Source: Lingula anatina (taxonomy: Eukaryota; Animalia; Brachiopoda). Taken from it: a DNA stretch of 64,000 nucleotides. Positions 1 through 12,160 of this stretch are shown here, one piece after another. The stretch lies in assembly GCA_051362555.1 (NCBI GenBank), contig CM120643.1, positions 12,560,644-12,624,643 of the forward strand. The letters run 5' to 3'. Under the pieces are notes generated by a model that was not told where the DNA came from, ran no database searches, and worked only from the letters and a program-made list of their open reading frames with translations. The position numbers and the translations under genes were made by a program. Numbering within the stretch: position 1 is the first letter of the stretch; each line of letters begins with the position of its first letter.

Positions 1-616
1 TTTATGTAGACCCAATCCACAGGGACCCTGGCTGAATGCAATCAGATTAACAGATGAACACAACTTCTCCTTGTTGCTGTCTTGTTTCCAATGTGCTCGT
101 ATAATCACCAGCTTTTCTGTATTCGACTCAATGCCAGGAGGAAGCGTGTTTATCTGTGAATCATTCCGGGAGAGTCCCTGTGGAATAGGACCTATCTACA
201 TAGAACGATAGTTTCATTGGGAATGAGCCCTTTAAGTTGTTTTCCACTTTAAGGCTGAAAATTTTGATCAATTACAATCCAGGTCTCTGTTTTACACAGA
301 AACACAGTCTGGAATCAGTCTAGGCAAAAATTGTTTCATGTAGAACCTCACCCGATTATGCTGCCTTACACAAAAATGTACTTTTTGCAGTCATAAACGT
401 TAGCGCGAACTCAAAAAATATAAGCCAGACTTTAAAAAGACAGCAAGCCTAGGCCTGTAATCAGTAATTTCAAAAAGAGAGTTTCTTATTCTGGAAATTT
501 AATTGAAACTTTGGAGCACCTAGATCAGTTTTCACCCAGAAAAACCGACTGGTCAAGGAAGTTTTCAGTTTTTACCAAAATTTTCATTTTAACAGTCATG
601 CCTGTGTTTCACTTAC

Positions 617-632
617 TGGCCACCAGGGGGCC
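617..632 (+). promoter_or_regulatory. CTCF-like motif TGGCCACCAGGGGGCC in Sall intron 1
   Basis: Near-perfect match to the CTCF core consensus (TGGCCACCAGGGGGCGC); motif match only, no binding data. Confidence 0.4.
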
Positions 633-2133
633 ATCCCCTTATTACCTTGAAAGGCAGCCTCTGTGACAGCATAGGAACCAATTAATTTTGACATTCAGAA
701 TCTTTTTAAAGTAATCAATAAATCAGAGTTACCAAAATGACAGTACTCAAGATGCATAGATCTTTGGCCAATGTCTTACTTAAATAATGTTAAAACAATA
801 GATTAACACCTGTTATTAACTTCTCACCACAGGCAAAATACTTTACTGGGCTAGTCCATTTTGAGAGACCCCAACATGCAATTGTTTTACATAGGCTTTT
901 ACTGCCTTGAAAGTTGCAATCTCTCAAAAGTGGACCAGTTCAGTTTAGTGGACCAATCCATGTGAAAATAGTCTAAATTTCAGAGATGGGAAATCTCACC
1001 TCAGTCCCAGAAATCATTGATTGATGAGATCAGAGAAGATACTTCACATCATTTTAACCTACATCATTACGCTACAATGATATAACATTTTTCCCCACTG
1101 TGACAGTCTTTTCATGTCACTTCTCTATTTACTAATAGTCACACATTTCAAATACATGTGAACTACTTGGAACTGAATTCAGCCAACTGAATATCTGAGG
1201 CCAAAAGTTTTTGGTCACACCTGTTTTTTGTGCAGGCTATGCATGCAAGTCTAAAGTCTCCAGCCTATATCTTCTAAAGTGAAATCACAAACAATGCACT
1301 TGTACGCACCTGAAGAGAAAGTCTTTGGCTATATCAGAGTTTATTTATGACTTTCCCACTCTCAAAGTTGACACGGGGTTTGTTTGATGTGGTCCAGGGA
1401 GCAGTTGGTGGTCAACTTTGCTTCCTGGCACATATTTCACCTTCTATAATACCAAGTATCAGCACAGATGGCCGTATCATTTCGTTTAATTTGTTTTTTA
1501 TTACTTTTTTAGTGGTCAGTGAATTCTTTTTTTGAACAGTTTATATAGCTGCTGAAGGTTCAGAAACAGCTCAGATGTTTACATATTACAGTGTTTTGTG
1601 CTATCTTTTTATCACAGAATGAAGTGTACATTTGAATAGATTTCTGTTATTTACCATTTGTTATTGTTGTTGTTGTTTTTTAATCTTTAATATTACTTTA
1701 AATATTATATTAAAAAATTAAATTAGTTTTCTTTCTCTCAGTGAAAACTGAAACTAATCATGCTGTTTCTTTTTCCTTTTTTACTTATCCTTTTACTTAT
1801 CCTTTTTTTTTCTTGATGCCTACTTAGCACTCATATTTCTATCACCGCCTTCCCATGTACAAAATCACACATTCCCTACCAGGAGTTCTGGCTGCTACTA
1901 AAAACAAGCTTGTTATCTCCAGGATCACAGCAGACCTACAGTGTTGTTCCAAAACAAGGACTACCAAGACAGACGACAGAACATTTTCCACTGTACACAC
2001 TGCTACCAAAACACAAAGACACAGTAAGTGGTGTCTTCCAGACGCATTACACATTTTCACACAATAGAGCAAGAAAAGAAATGTCAACAAAACTGTTGAA
2101 GTTGTAAGCACCCAGATCACTGCCCCCCCTCGC

Positions 2134-2135
<2 letters not shown>

Positions 2136-2169
<34 letters not shown>
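2136..2169. repeat. poly-C homopolymer (~34 nt)
   Basis: Directly visible; similar C/G runs near 3170-3188, 8880-8898 and 56974-56993. Confidence 0.95.
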
Positions 2170-2170
<1 letters not shown>

Positions 2171-5100
2171 AAAGAGATCCTCATTCACTGAAACATATAA
2201 AACACTAAATTCCAATACTATGTTTTTAAATACCGTGCTGTGCAAATTTGAGAGTGGGTGGGTAGAAGGCTGGCTACAATGATTTGGGACTAAGGAATGC
2301 TTTAAAATAATGGTTAATCTGATTGTTTATATCCTGTGGCTTAATTTAGACCTAAACCAATCTGGGGTTGTGTCTGAACACACCTCAACATCCAGATTCT
2401 CCGGGTACAAATGGCAAAAAAAGGAGTTATAGTTCATAGTAACAGCTGAAGTTAGCAGTAAACTATAAACTGGGGAAAAAAACTGGCAATTTAACCAACA
2501 TTTTATCCTTTTTTTCATCCATCTCTGAAACAGTTCCAGTCATACTGCACGTCAGAGCCATTAGAGTGAGTGGAGTGTTTATGATACTTGTCGACAGTGA
2601 GTTTCTGCTTATTAAAAGTTATTTACCGAATGCATCAGTTTTCCCTAACCAAATTGCACTTTAAATATAAACTATCAATCAAAACTAAGCTGGAAAGAAA
2701 GAGAGGTGAACCAATTTAGAGATTGCTGTTTTTCTGCGCGTTTATGACTGGACATGAAAGGTGCCAGAATTGCAGCTGTTCGAGCATGCACACGCATGTC
2801 AAATGTTTGTTTGCAAATGAATGAAAATAATCTATAATTTCTGTAAGGATGAAAAATATCTTTCAGCAATTCTTTTTTCAATATCTGATGAAAAAAATAA
2901 AGGAGCTCATCAGTACTAGTTTTTGACAAGATTCCAACTGTGGTCAATGAGAAAGAAAAAATAAAACTACATTGTAAAAAAAAATTAACATTAAAGAAAA
3001 GAAGATGAAAAGGCAAGGCAAAGAGAAAGTATTGTAGGGTTAGGGAAATGAAGCTGTCAAGGAGAGTCCTTATTTCATCTCCCATCCTATAACAATACTT
3101 TTTAAAACTTCCTTCAACCAGCACATTAGCATCCTTTTCTACTGGTTATCATCAAATTATCTTTTTTTCTCCCCCCCCCCCCCCCCCCAAGTAACTGATT
3201 CTGTGGCATAAGATAATGAAACTATTCATTTTCTTCAAACAACTTTTTTTTCACTTTTCTATAAAATATTTCTGCATGTTATCAGATCAACCCTACAGGA
3301 TTATGGAATCAGATGAGGCAGCAAGAGCGTGTGAAATGTTCAACAAAGTGTCAAGGATAAACTGTCCAAATAAAACTAGATACTGTTTATTTTGTCAGAT
3401 TTTAATAGAGTCAGCAGGATCCCCCATCTCAGACGGCAGGAATAATATACCTCTGAAGACAGTTTTCCATCTTTCTGCAAACTGGTCATTTTCTTTTCAA
3501 GGGGGAGGGAGGCCGGGTTGTGGGTATTGATTATCATCGGCCTGGACCACTGCTGATCTCGTCTGACATCAAATTAATTACAACAATCTAGATAAACAGT
3601 GTCCCATCGACAGAAATACCCTCCATTGACTATTTTTGTTCTGCCATCACTCTTGTTATGCAAAATTCATGACTGGTCTGCTCCATAAAAGAAAATGAAA
3701 CGACCTCAAGTAAGATAGAGTTAACTATTTATCTAAACTGAAAGACAGTTCAGTGAATTCTGATGCTCAAACTGGCCAATATGAAAGACCAGTGAAATGA
3801 CTGATACAGGTGATTGAGCTTGTTTCTCTCCCTCCCTCCTTCCCTGAATTTGTTTCAGACCATGTGGATCCCATACCTACCTCTCTTGCCTGAGTCACCC
3901 ACCACTTTGGCATATCAATAATCGTATTGGACATCACTACTAGGTGTCCATAACCTGACTCTCATTCACACTCCTCAAAATGCCTGGGAAAATATGCCTA
4001 AGAAAACAGCAGAAAATGAGGTTACCATCACCCCCTATCTCAGCAATGCTGGTAGGACACATGTATCCAAATATCTTTACTCTGTGGTTCTCTCTATGGT
4101 TTTCTCTGTGTGGGTAAGTCTACACAACACTAACAAAAGCTGATCCTGAATCTTCCGAGGACAGCCAGGTTCCAATATATAACAACACTGATTGCAATGA
4201 ATGTCACCGTCACTGCATGTCGCCAAAACAGTCAACCAATTACAATCACATTATAGTTTTAATGGCTTGCCACAATCACTTCATGAAGTTAACTCATAAC
4301 AGATCTTAACAAGTTTAGAACCTATTACCTAGAAAACATGCTGTGGGTGGACGTATGATTGCTATCAACAGTACAGCTTGTATCAATAACAAATAAATTT
4401 TACATTTACACACCCCCCCCCTGCCCAAACCAGGTGTTCTATGGCATGCTGGGATTGCTTGCTGGGGCCTTTCCCTCAATGGAGCAACAAGTAGCAGATA
4501 ACACTATGGCCAAAAGGATCTGATTAGCCCACTCCTAGCCAGGGGCATTTTCTGCAACAATAACATTCAGTAACAGATGCTGCTCCCTGGATATTGAATA
4601 AAATGTTGTATCTACAGGGGTGATACATTTTTAGAGTAAATATAGAGCAAGCTAGGTAGTGTAACATGAAAGACAGTAGAAACAATGTCATAAATGGTAT
4701 TTATGTATATAACCAAAGTGACATGCTAAGGGTGTGTCACCCCCCCCCCCAAAAAAAAAAAAATCTAAACTAAATTTACCAAAAACCTTGGGGGGGGGCA
4801 TGATCATTACAATGTAGTTAGATACAGTTTAAATTTGACAAGACCTTTAAATTATTTTTTAAGTAAGTATTTCAGAAATAATGTCACATTTATTAATTTT
4901 TCTCCTGGTAAGTTTGAAAAAGTAATGTTTGAGAAAATCAACTACAACAATACAAATTGACCATATCACAAAAGCCATATTCAACCTGAAACTTATCAAT
5001 TGGGTTTGCATACACTTTTTGTACTTCACGGAAAAGCAATGTATTCTATTATGACAATACACACTGGTATAAGTATCCAATACTTTTTATTGACCTTACT

Positions 5101-7876
5101 CGTTTTCTTTCTTAAAATTCTCTCTCTTAACCTGACCCTAACCCTTCTTAAAGTCACCCTAACAATGACGTCAATAACCCCAATAGATTCATTATAGAAT
5201 GTTTGAATAAAATTTCATATTTATTGAGCTAATTTCTCTTCTGTTTGTTTTGGTCTATGCCGTGTTTGATTTTTAATATTTGTTGACCCGGCTGTATGTA
5301 TCTTTCCTAATTAAAGGGTAGCAGTACATGTACAACTGATACCGTTAGGGGAAGCTGGGCAAAAAATAATTGACATCTGCCAAAAATCGACCAAATAACT
5401 CCTAAAATTGACTTCATTGCTGCTTATTTATATAAGTGGTGGAATAAACCATAAATTTCTTTCTTATCGACTGGTTGTGGTAATTAAAAATTCATATATT
5501 AACCATCTAGTACAATAGGTATGATAACATATTTCTATCAGCTAGGGGCACCTTGAAGGCTGGAAATTTTGCTCTGTTTACATAAGGGCCTGGAAGAATG
5601 TTTGGGCAAATGTTCTGAATATAAGAGAGGCAATAAAGAGGAGGATAAAAAATGCAAGAATTTAATGTTACCAGTCGGGCAGAAATATACAATTTCATAG
5701 CAAAAACATAAGATAATTTTCCAGCCCCTACTTTCCCATGGTGTGCCTTTCCAGCCTTTGCCGAGGCCAATTCGCAGCAGAGTCTGTTTTGTTTAAGAAT
5801 GATCTCATTGGTGGATAGCATTGAATTCCGACTAAAGAAAGTGAAGAAAATCCCCCAAGTCCCCACTGCCAAGTTATAAGCACCAGAGAGCAGGCTGTTT
5901 ATCATTAATTTGTAATACACCATGCCTTGAGCACATCAGCCCTGTAAAATATCACCAGTCATCAAATTTCGGACATTACCCACCCTCAAATTGCTATTTA
6001 GTCTGCGAGCAGAGCAGCATCAAAAAGAAAAAGAAGCTCAGAAAAAAATTCACTCCCTGACTTGAAATATAACCAAATGTAGGTAGATGTCATATCTAGT
6101 TTATCATAAATCTAATCTGTGAAACAGAGAAGATTCCCCGCAACTTCTGCCATCTCACAAGTTCAAGACCTCTCTTGGTATGTTAAAAGCTTCAAACTAA
6201 TCTGTAACCATAAGAGCTTTTTAATAGTCTGACATTAAAAATGGTCCCTATAAGAGATCAAATGGGCATTATGATATCATTTCCAGCCTGCATTAGTAGT
6301 AACATGGACGGCATCAGCCTGTGATGAGACGTGCCTTCTCAAGTCATATGTTCTGGTTTTTCCCATGGCTGAACTTTAACCATGGGTGATTCAGACACAT
6401 ATGCATACACTGACCTGAGGGTTTGAGGCTATCTGGTAGTCTGTTGGCCAAACTTCATTGAAATGTGAAGAACAAATCCAAATCTCCAGTTTCTCTTTAT
6501 TTGTCTTTGTGGGCCTGCCTTACAGTGGACCAGTACCACTGTTTCGATCTAAAAATCCTCTCCTTCCTCCACTCCCCCCTTCCCCTCTTCCCTCCACCCC
6601 GCAACCCCCCCCCCCGGCCCCACGTTATATACCAGTCATTTCCACTCAATCTGTATAGTTCTGAGTAGCTTGTCATTTAAAATGAAAAGAAATACTGTCT
6701 TATCTTTTAAATAAAACAACAATTCTTGAAATATGTGTAATGTAACTTTTTAAACAGCTGATGAAACCAATGCTAAGTCATATCAACCCAAATGGTTTGT
6801 CCACAGCAACAAGTGGACTGCATAGCATCATGCTGTGGCCCATGAGATAAAAACAAGATGTAATTGCTTTTCAAAATGCATTGATTGCACATGGTTAGGT
6901 TTCTACACGATTTTAAGTCTCAGCGTGCATGCATGGTTTTAATACAAGATTAGATGTTCTAATGCAAAAAATGCAGTCGTTTAAGACTCTGTGAACTTGA
7001 ATATACGAGGTGAGCTGAATACATTGAGGGTGTCAATAGGAGGGGTAAGATCTCAAAGACATTGCAGACCTTTTAAGATCACAGCACTAGTTCTTGGCTT
7101 TTGGAATATGTATCTGGGTAAAGCTGATGAAAATGGACATTTCAAGCATTACGATATTATTTTTCAAATGGTATTTGAATGATGTTTGAATAATATTCAA
7201 ATGTTGTTTACATATTTTTTTATTTCAGTCTTATATGATTTAAATGTTGTTCTGCAAACAAAGTTACAAACACAGCTTTTTTAAACCTTTTACCCCAGTC
7301 CCTTCTTCAATTAATGTTATAAACAATTGCCATTTTTGTTTACTTCACATCTTATTTGTTTGCTTTTTTCAATTTCAATTATATTTAACTGTAGGATTTA
7401 AAAAGCAGACAAAATATATTTGGTCAGTGTTTGTCTTACCTATTCTAATTCTTTAGATATCACAATAGATGTCCCTTAAAATAGTTTGCAATTTTTATCA
7501 GTCTTCCATTTTGATGTCTGTGAAATAAGGTTCAGGCAAAATCTCCATAACTTCAATGTCAAAAACAGCACTAACCTCCCCTGGGTTAAGACTACCACTT
7601 TAACCACTAACATAAATTTTATCATTCAATCTACATTGTTGTTGTTTATCTCATTAGCTCCTCTCGAAACTAATGACTTGTACTTTTACCTCACCTCGGT
7701 TTTGGAGCGGTAAGCCTGTTACCTCAACAGCCTCTTTCCAGGTGAGAATTATACCAGAGGGGTATGACAAATTATTACCTGTATCTTCGCTGTCAGAGGA
7801 GAGAATAACAAACATCTCTGACTCCTATGTCCAGACAAGAGAACAAGTCACAGAACAAGAATTCATTTCTGACACA

Positions 7877-7882
<6 letters not shown>

Positions 7883-7928
<46 letters not shown>

Positions 7929-7930
7929 AC
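7883..7930. repeat. (CA)n microsatellite
   Basis: Directly visible. Confidence 0.95.
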
Positions 7931-10900
7931 ATTTTTGGGGATGCATTTAAATGGTAATTTGTTTCATTTCTGAATCAACGACCTGACCTCTGGCATCCAT
8001 TTCATTGCCAGGCGATATACCCAGATTTGGCAAATGTGAGCATTTCTTTTGTTACTTTTTTTTTTCGCCCTTCTAGTATTCTGTTTTTCTTTACAATGAG
8101 ATTTTAGAAATCCACATGGAGTTCATTTCAGAGAATCTGTCTTATGTATTCTTCTGCATAATCTCTTATATTTTTTTCTGTCCACATTTTTGTTATTCTA
8201 AATATCCACAAAACCAATCCAGATGTAGTTTTTCAATCCCACAGCTAATTTACATTTTGCTATTTGGTATATCAACACTACCTATTATTTTTTTCACAGA
8301 ATTAAATAAAACTGAAAAAGGTCACACAAGAAAATAAATAGCAGATTACACCCTGCTTTAAAAATGATATACTTACGATAAAACATTTCAAAAATACCCC
8401 CCCAAACAATACAAAAAAATGTACTTGGAAATCAGTTTTAATTTATAGCAAAATTCTTCTGTTTATAATGTTCAAAAGGATGTTTGGTGTAACTTCCAGT
8501 GCACTTGTAATTACAACTTATAGCACATTTAAAAGTCAAAAAACAGGTGCTAACTCTAATAACTCTTTTTTGCCTCTTTCTATAAATCTGCCGAAATCTC
8601 AATAAATATGAAATACCCAAAGTTCTCACTCCTTTTAGTTTGACAGCATTATTATAAATTTGCTTTATCCAGTTCTGCAAATGCCCATTTTCTCCAGCAG
8701 ATGTGGTTTCCACATGATTCATGGAGGGACTTAACCACAAATAAAAAGCTCTAGCTTGGCTTTCAGGTACCTGAAAAACTGAAAGAATTTTTGGGTTTCG
8801 TATCATCACATATTAAAGCAATTCCTCTCAGTTCTTACTGAAACAAAATCAAAGTTGTCCATATTTATTTTTAGTCACATGGGGGGGGGGGGGGGGGGAG
8901 ATCATGTGGTTTCCCTCCCATCACTTTGCTTTTTAGAAAATAAAAGCAACTGTTACTTGATATAACACAGAATATAAACTGCAAATATTTTTGATTTCAA
9001 CACACTGAACACTTTTCTTTTAATTTTCATCTCATTCAAAAAGGATTTGTTTCACCTCTAAGTCTTTTGCTTTTTAAAACATCTTAAACTTTCAATCTCT
9101 AAGTGGCTTAATCAACCCTTGTCATTTAATATATTATTGACAGAAAAAAGCTCTATTTACATGTTTAAATGCCGTTTAACCCAGTCCACCTCTAAAACCT
9201 GCTCTTCCCCAAAAATTGCTTTGACCACCCATGCATGTATTTCTCTCACCTCTTTACACCCCAGTTGAGCAAAATTAAAAAATTCCACCCATCTCCTCAT
9301 GACATAATGTTTATAAACTAAGAGGTGTGATGAAGAACCACTTTGATAATTGACAATTAACCTGGAAAATATCACAAAAGTGTTCATGCTTAGAAAGGGG
9401 CCCTCTGCCTTGTGGTATTATGCCCCAGGAATGGATGGTTATGACTAAAGTTTTCTCACCTTGCTGGGAAGTTTCTTTTTTTTTTTAAGTACACATATGA
9501 GACATGAAATAAATTAGCGCATCTTCTCTCCTACCTGGCGTCCCCTGACATTCCCCTTTAACTGAACTTTAATTTTGAAGTCTGAGACAATGTCCATGCT
9601 TGAATGGAATGTGATAAAAAATTTTAATCATTCAGCTGAACAAGTTTTTCAAATTTCATTTCAATCAAAGCTTGATTTTGAACAAAGAGTGCATATTTAA
9701 TTTTTTAACATTTTAAATTTTTTTCAGTGAGGGAGATCCATCCAAGTTTGTAAACCTCTTCTTAAAAATTAAAAACCAAAAGATGAACATCTGCTTTTTT
9801 TTTTCTGTAGCCAATTTTAATGAAAAATCCTTTATGGTATTTTCTCTCTTTTAAAATATTTCATTTTCAGACAAAGGTCATGCCTGAGCAATTGGCACTA
9901 TTTACTACTTTTAATCACAAATAAAAGGCTTTCAAGGCAAGTCTAACATAAAAGTCAATATCAAGTCCGCAACTACGTCATGCTTCAATGACCTTTAATA
10001 CATATTCCATACAATCTGTGACTCTCTACGTCTTTAATTGGTAGTCTATTAAACATAGGTGACAAAAGGCTTTGAATAAGTGACCATTAATGTATAATGT
10101 GTAATTCCTACACAAGAAGGGATCAGTTATCAGTGGACAAATGTTTCTCGAGTTATATAATGAAAGGCCACACATAAATGTCTCTTTATTATCTGTGAGT
10201 ACTTCGACTTGACATTCTTTCAGCAGAATAATTGCTGGCACCTGAAAAGTTCTAATGAGAAATCACATGGAGGTTCTTAGTGTTCACTCTGCTTATAAAT
10301 GATGATTTCAAAACCTGTTCTTCTTTAAGGTGGATATCCTTCAACTTCTGACGATTGAATAGCTGTCAGAATAAAAAACTTTTAAAAGGGGTCTCAAATG
10401 TCTGATCATATTCAGCTTATTTTATGCCTTGTCCAAAATATGACAAAAGGAGCTGGGGTTTGTTAGGGGGGAAAATCAGCCTTCTGAAAGGGGTTTATCC
10501 CAGTCAGTTGTTTGGCATGCTAATGTAACCAGTGAAGCCCATAATAAACAGGATAAAATCACTTCTCCGAGATGACACGGGAGAAACATGAAGCATTATT
10601 TTGGATTCAAATCAAAGCCATCCTATTTAAAACCTGTTCAAAAAGACAGACTTTAAATGTGACTAAAATTGAAACCCGACTCCCCCCATATCCAACACAT
10701 CATATTTTTTGCTTGAAGTATTAAAGGGAGAATTTCTATGGGTTGGGCTTTATTAGCTGTAAGACTATCTGTACGCGTATTGTCGAAGGGGTCCATTTTG
10801 TGCTCTCTCTGTAATAACTTCCATTGAAAGAATCTCATACTAGAGATGAAACCCGCTGAACTGTTACCAAAGTGCCTTTTATGTTTATAAAAGATTACAA

Positions 10901-11909
10901 ATCCTACGTATCAGTCTAAATTAATGCAAACTAACAGCACATGCGGTAGCACCTTGTAGCCTAGACAACCAGGTATAAGTCCCAAATTTAGTTTACTTTT
11001 GATAAGTTAAGTCCCTTTTACCTACAAATAGAAGTCAACTAGATGTATTCTGTATACAGTAAATCGTGTTTGCTGTTACTATTTCCCCCATTGCATAGCT
11101 CTATATCCATGAGTGGCGCTGAACAATTTGTCAAAATTTTCTGTCAGATAGATTGAATTTTAATCTTGGAGACTGAGGGACGGCTCAAACTGGGCGCAGT
11201 GAATGCATGAAATAACAAACCAGCCAATAATCTTTAAACCACCGGAATGCAGTTTTTTTGTGGGGGCCGATTTATGTCACTTTTGCATTAATCATTTAAT
11301 TTAAAAAATCAAAAAAAAATTAAATCAACAGCAATTCATTCAATTCATTCAAACTAATACGGGAATATTGAATTTTAAAAACTTTCGGTACAGTTTCTAG
11401 ATATTAGCCGGTTGCTTTCGCTTTTAGACAAAGCGTTGTCATCGCTCCGAGAAAACTGAAAACGGATCTTTGAAAAAGATAACATCGTCAAGCAGTAAAA
11501 CAGTAAACATGGCTCAAAGGGAAGTCTGTTCATTCATAAGTTCGGCTGATAGTGCGGAAATACGTCGCGCGTGACGGCTCTCCGCGGCACCTCAAAAAGT
11601 TTTTTCTCCAGTGAAATCAACAACTACTCTACCAGCCAGCGCACGCAGCGCAAAGTCGTCTTCGACACGGCGTACGACCATGCGTGCACTCCAATTCCCG
11701 ACAAAACACTTGAACTGAAACAGTTTCCTCAATGGCTCTGCGCTTGCATCCGCTGGAACACAGTTTGAATAGATATACACGCACACATGACTTCTCGCGG
11801 GCACTTGCCAAATCGCAGAGTAACTGTCTTGTATTGTACCACGCGCGAGGGGATTCCCAACGCTGAGCGCGATTCCTATGTAAAATGGAGATAAGCACAC
11901 AGTACTCAC

Positions 11910-11982
11910 CTAGCCTAGCCAGTACCCCTTCTTCCGCCTCGGCCTCTAAATGGCGAGGTTTGGTCTGTTTTCGACGGGACAT
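11910..11982 (-). CDS. SALL: spalt-like (Sall) C2H2 transcription factor, first coding exon (MSRRKQTKPRHLEAEAEEGVLARL+G); remainder lies beyond the left edge (intron 1 >11.9 kb)
   Basis: N-terminal MSRRKQxKPxH NuRD-recruiting motif. The 73-nt coding part ends in a canonical phase-1 donor (CTAG|GTGAGT at 11909), like the short phase-1 first exon of vertebrate SALL1. It lies downstream of ZFP64, as SALL4 does in human. FOG/ZFPM, BCL11 and ZNF423/521 share the motif, so the family call leans on synteny and the KPxH ending. Confidence 0.8.
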
Positions 11983-12009
11983 CGTGGAATCCTCTAGCGG
12001 ACCGTCATA

Positions 12010-12160
12010 CTCTAAACTTCTCCGAGTTCCTACCTCCTCTGATTTATACGTGCCGGCCTAGTGCGCATGTCACAATTATGATTATCAATATATTGCAGAC
12101 GCTGAGCTCTCTCTCCGATTATCATAATCAAATTGTAAGACAGCATATGATTGGCCTCAG
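12010..12160 (-). promoter_or_regulatory. Candidate Sall core promoter: TATAAAT (12042-12048), GAGA-like tract (~12104-12115), CCAAT box (12150-12154)
   Basis: Motifs in correct order and orientation on the minus strand just upstream of the ATG, in a CpG-rich setting; TSS inferred near 12015-12020. Confidence 0.5.

Noticed and set aside
5340-5745. Possible MITE with imperfect terminal inverted repeats; similar impression at ~47140-47295
   Set aside because: Inverted ends are too degenerate to support without a genome-wide repeat search.
1-11000. Sall exon 2 or nested-gene exons
   Set aside because: No zinc-finger or other recognisable coding frames with matching splice sites; the track ORFs here have non-coding AT-rich composition.
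11629-11909. Continuation of the 117-aa MSRRKQ ORF
   Set aside because: Read-through past a consensus GTGAGT donor at 11909 into intron; only the first 24 codons look real.
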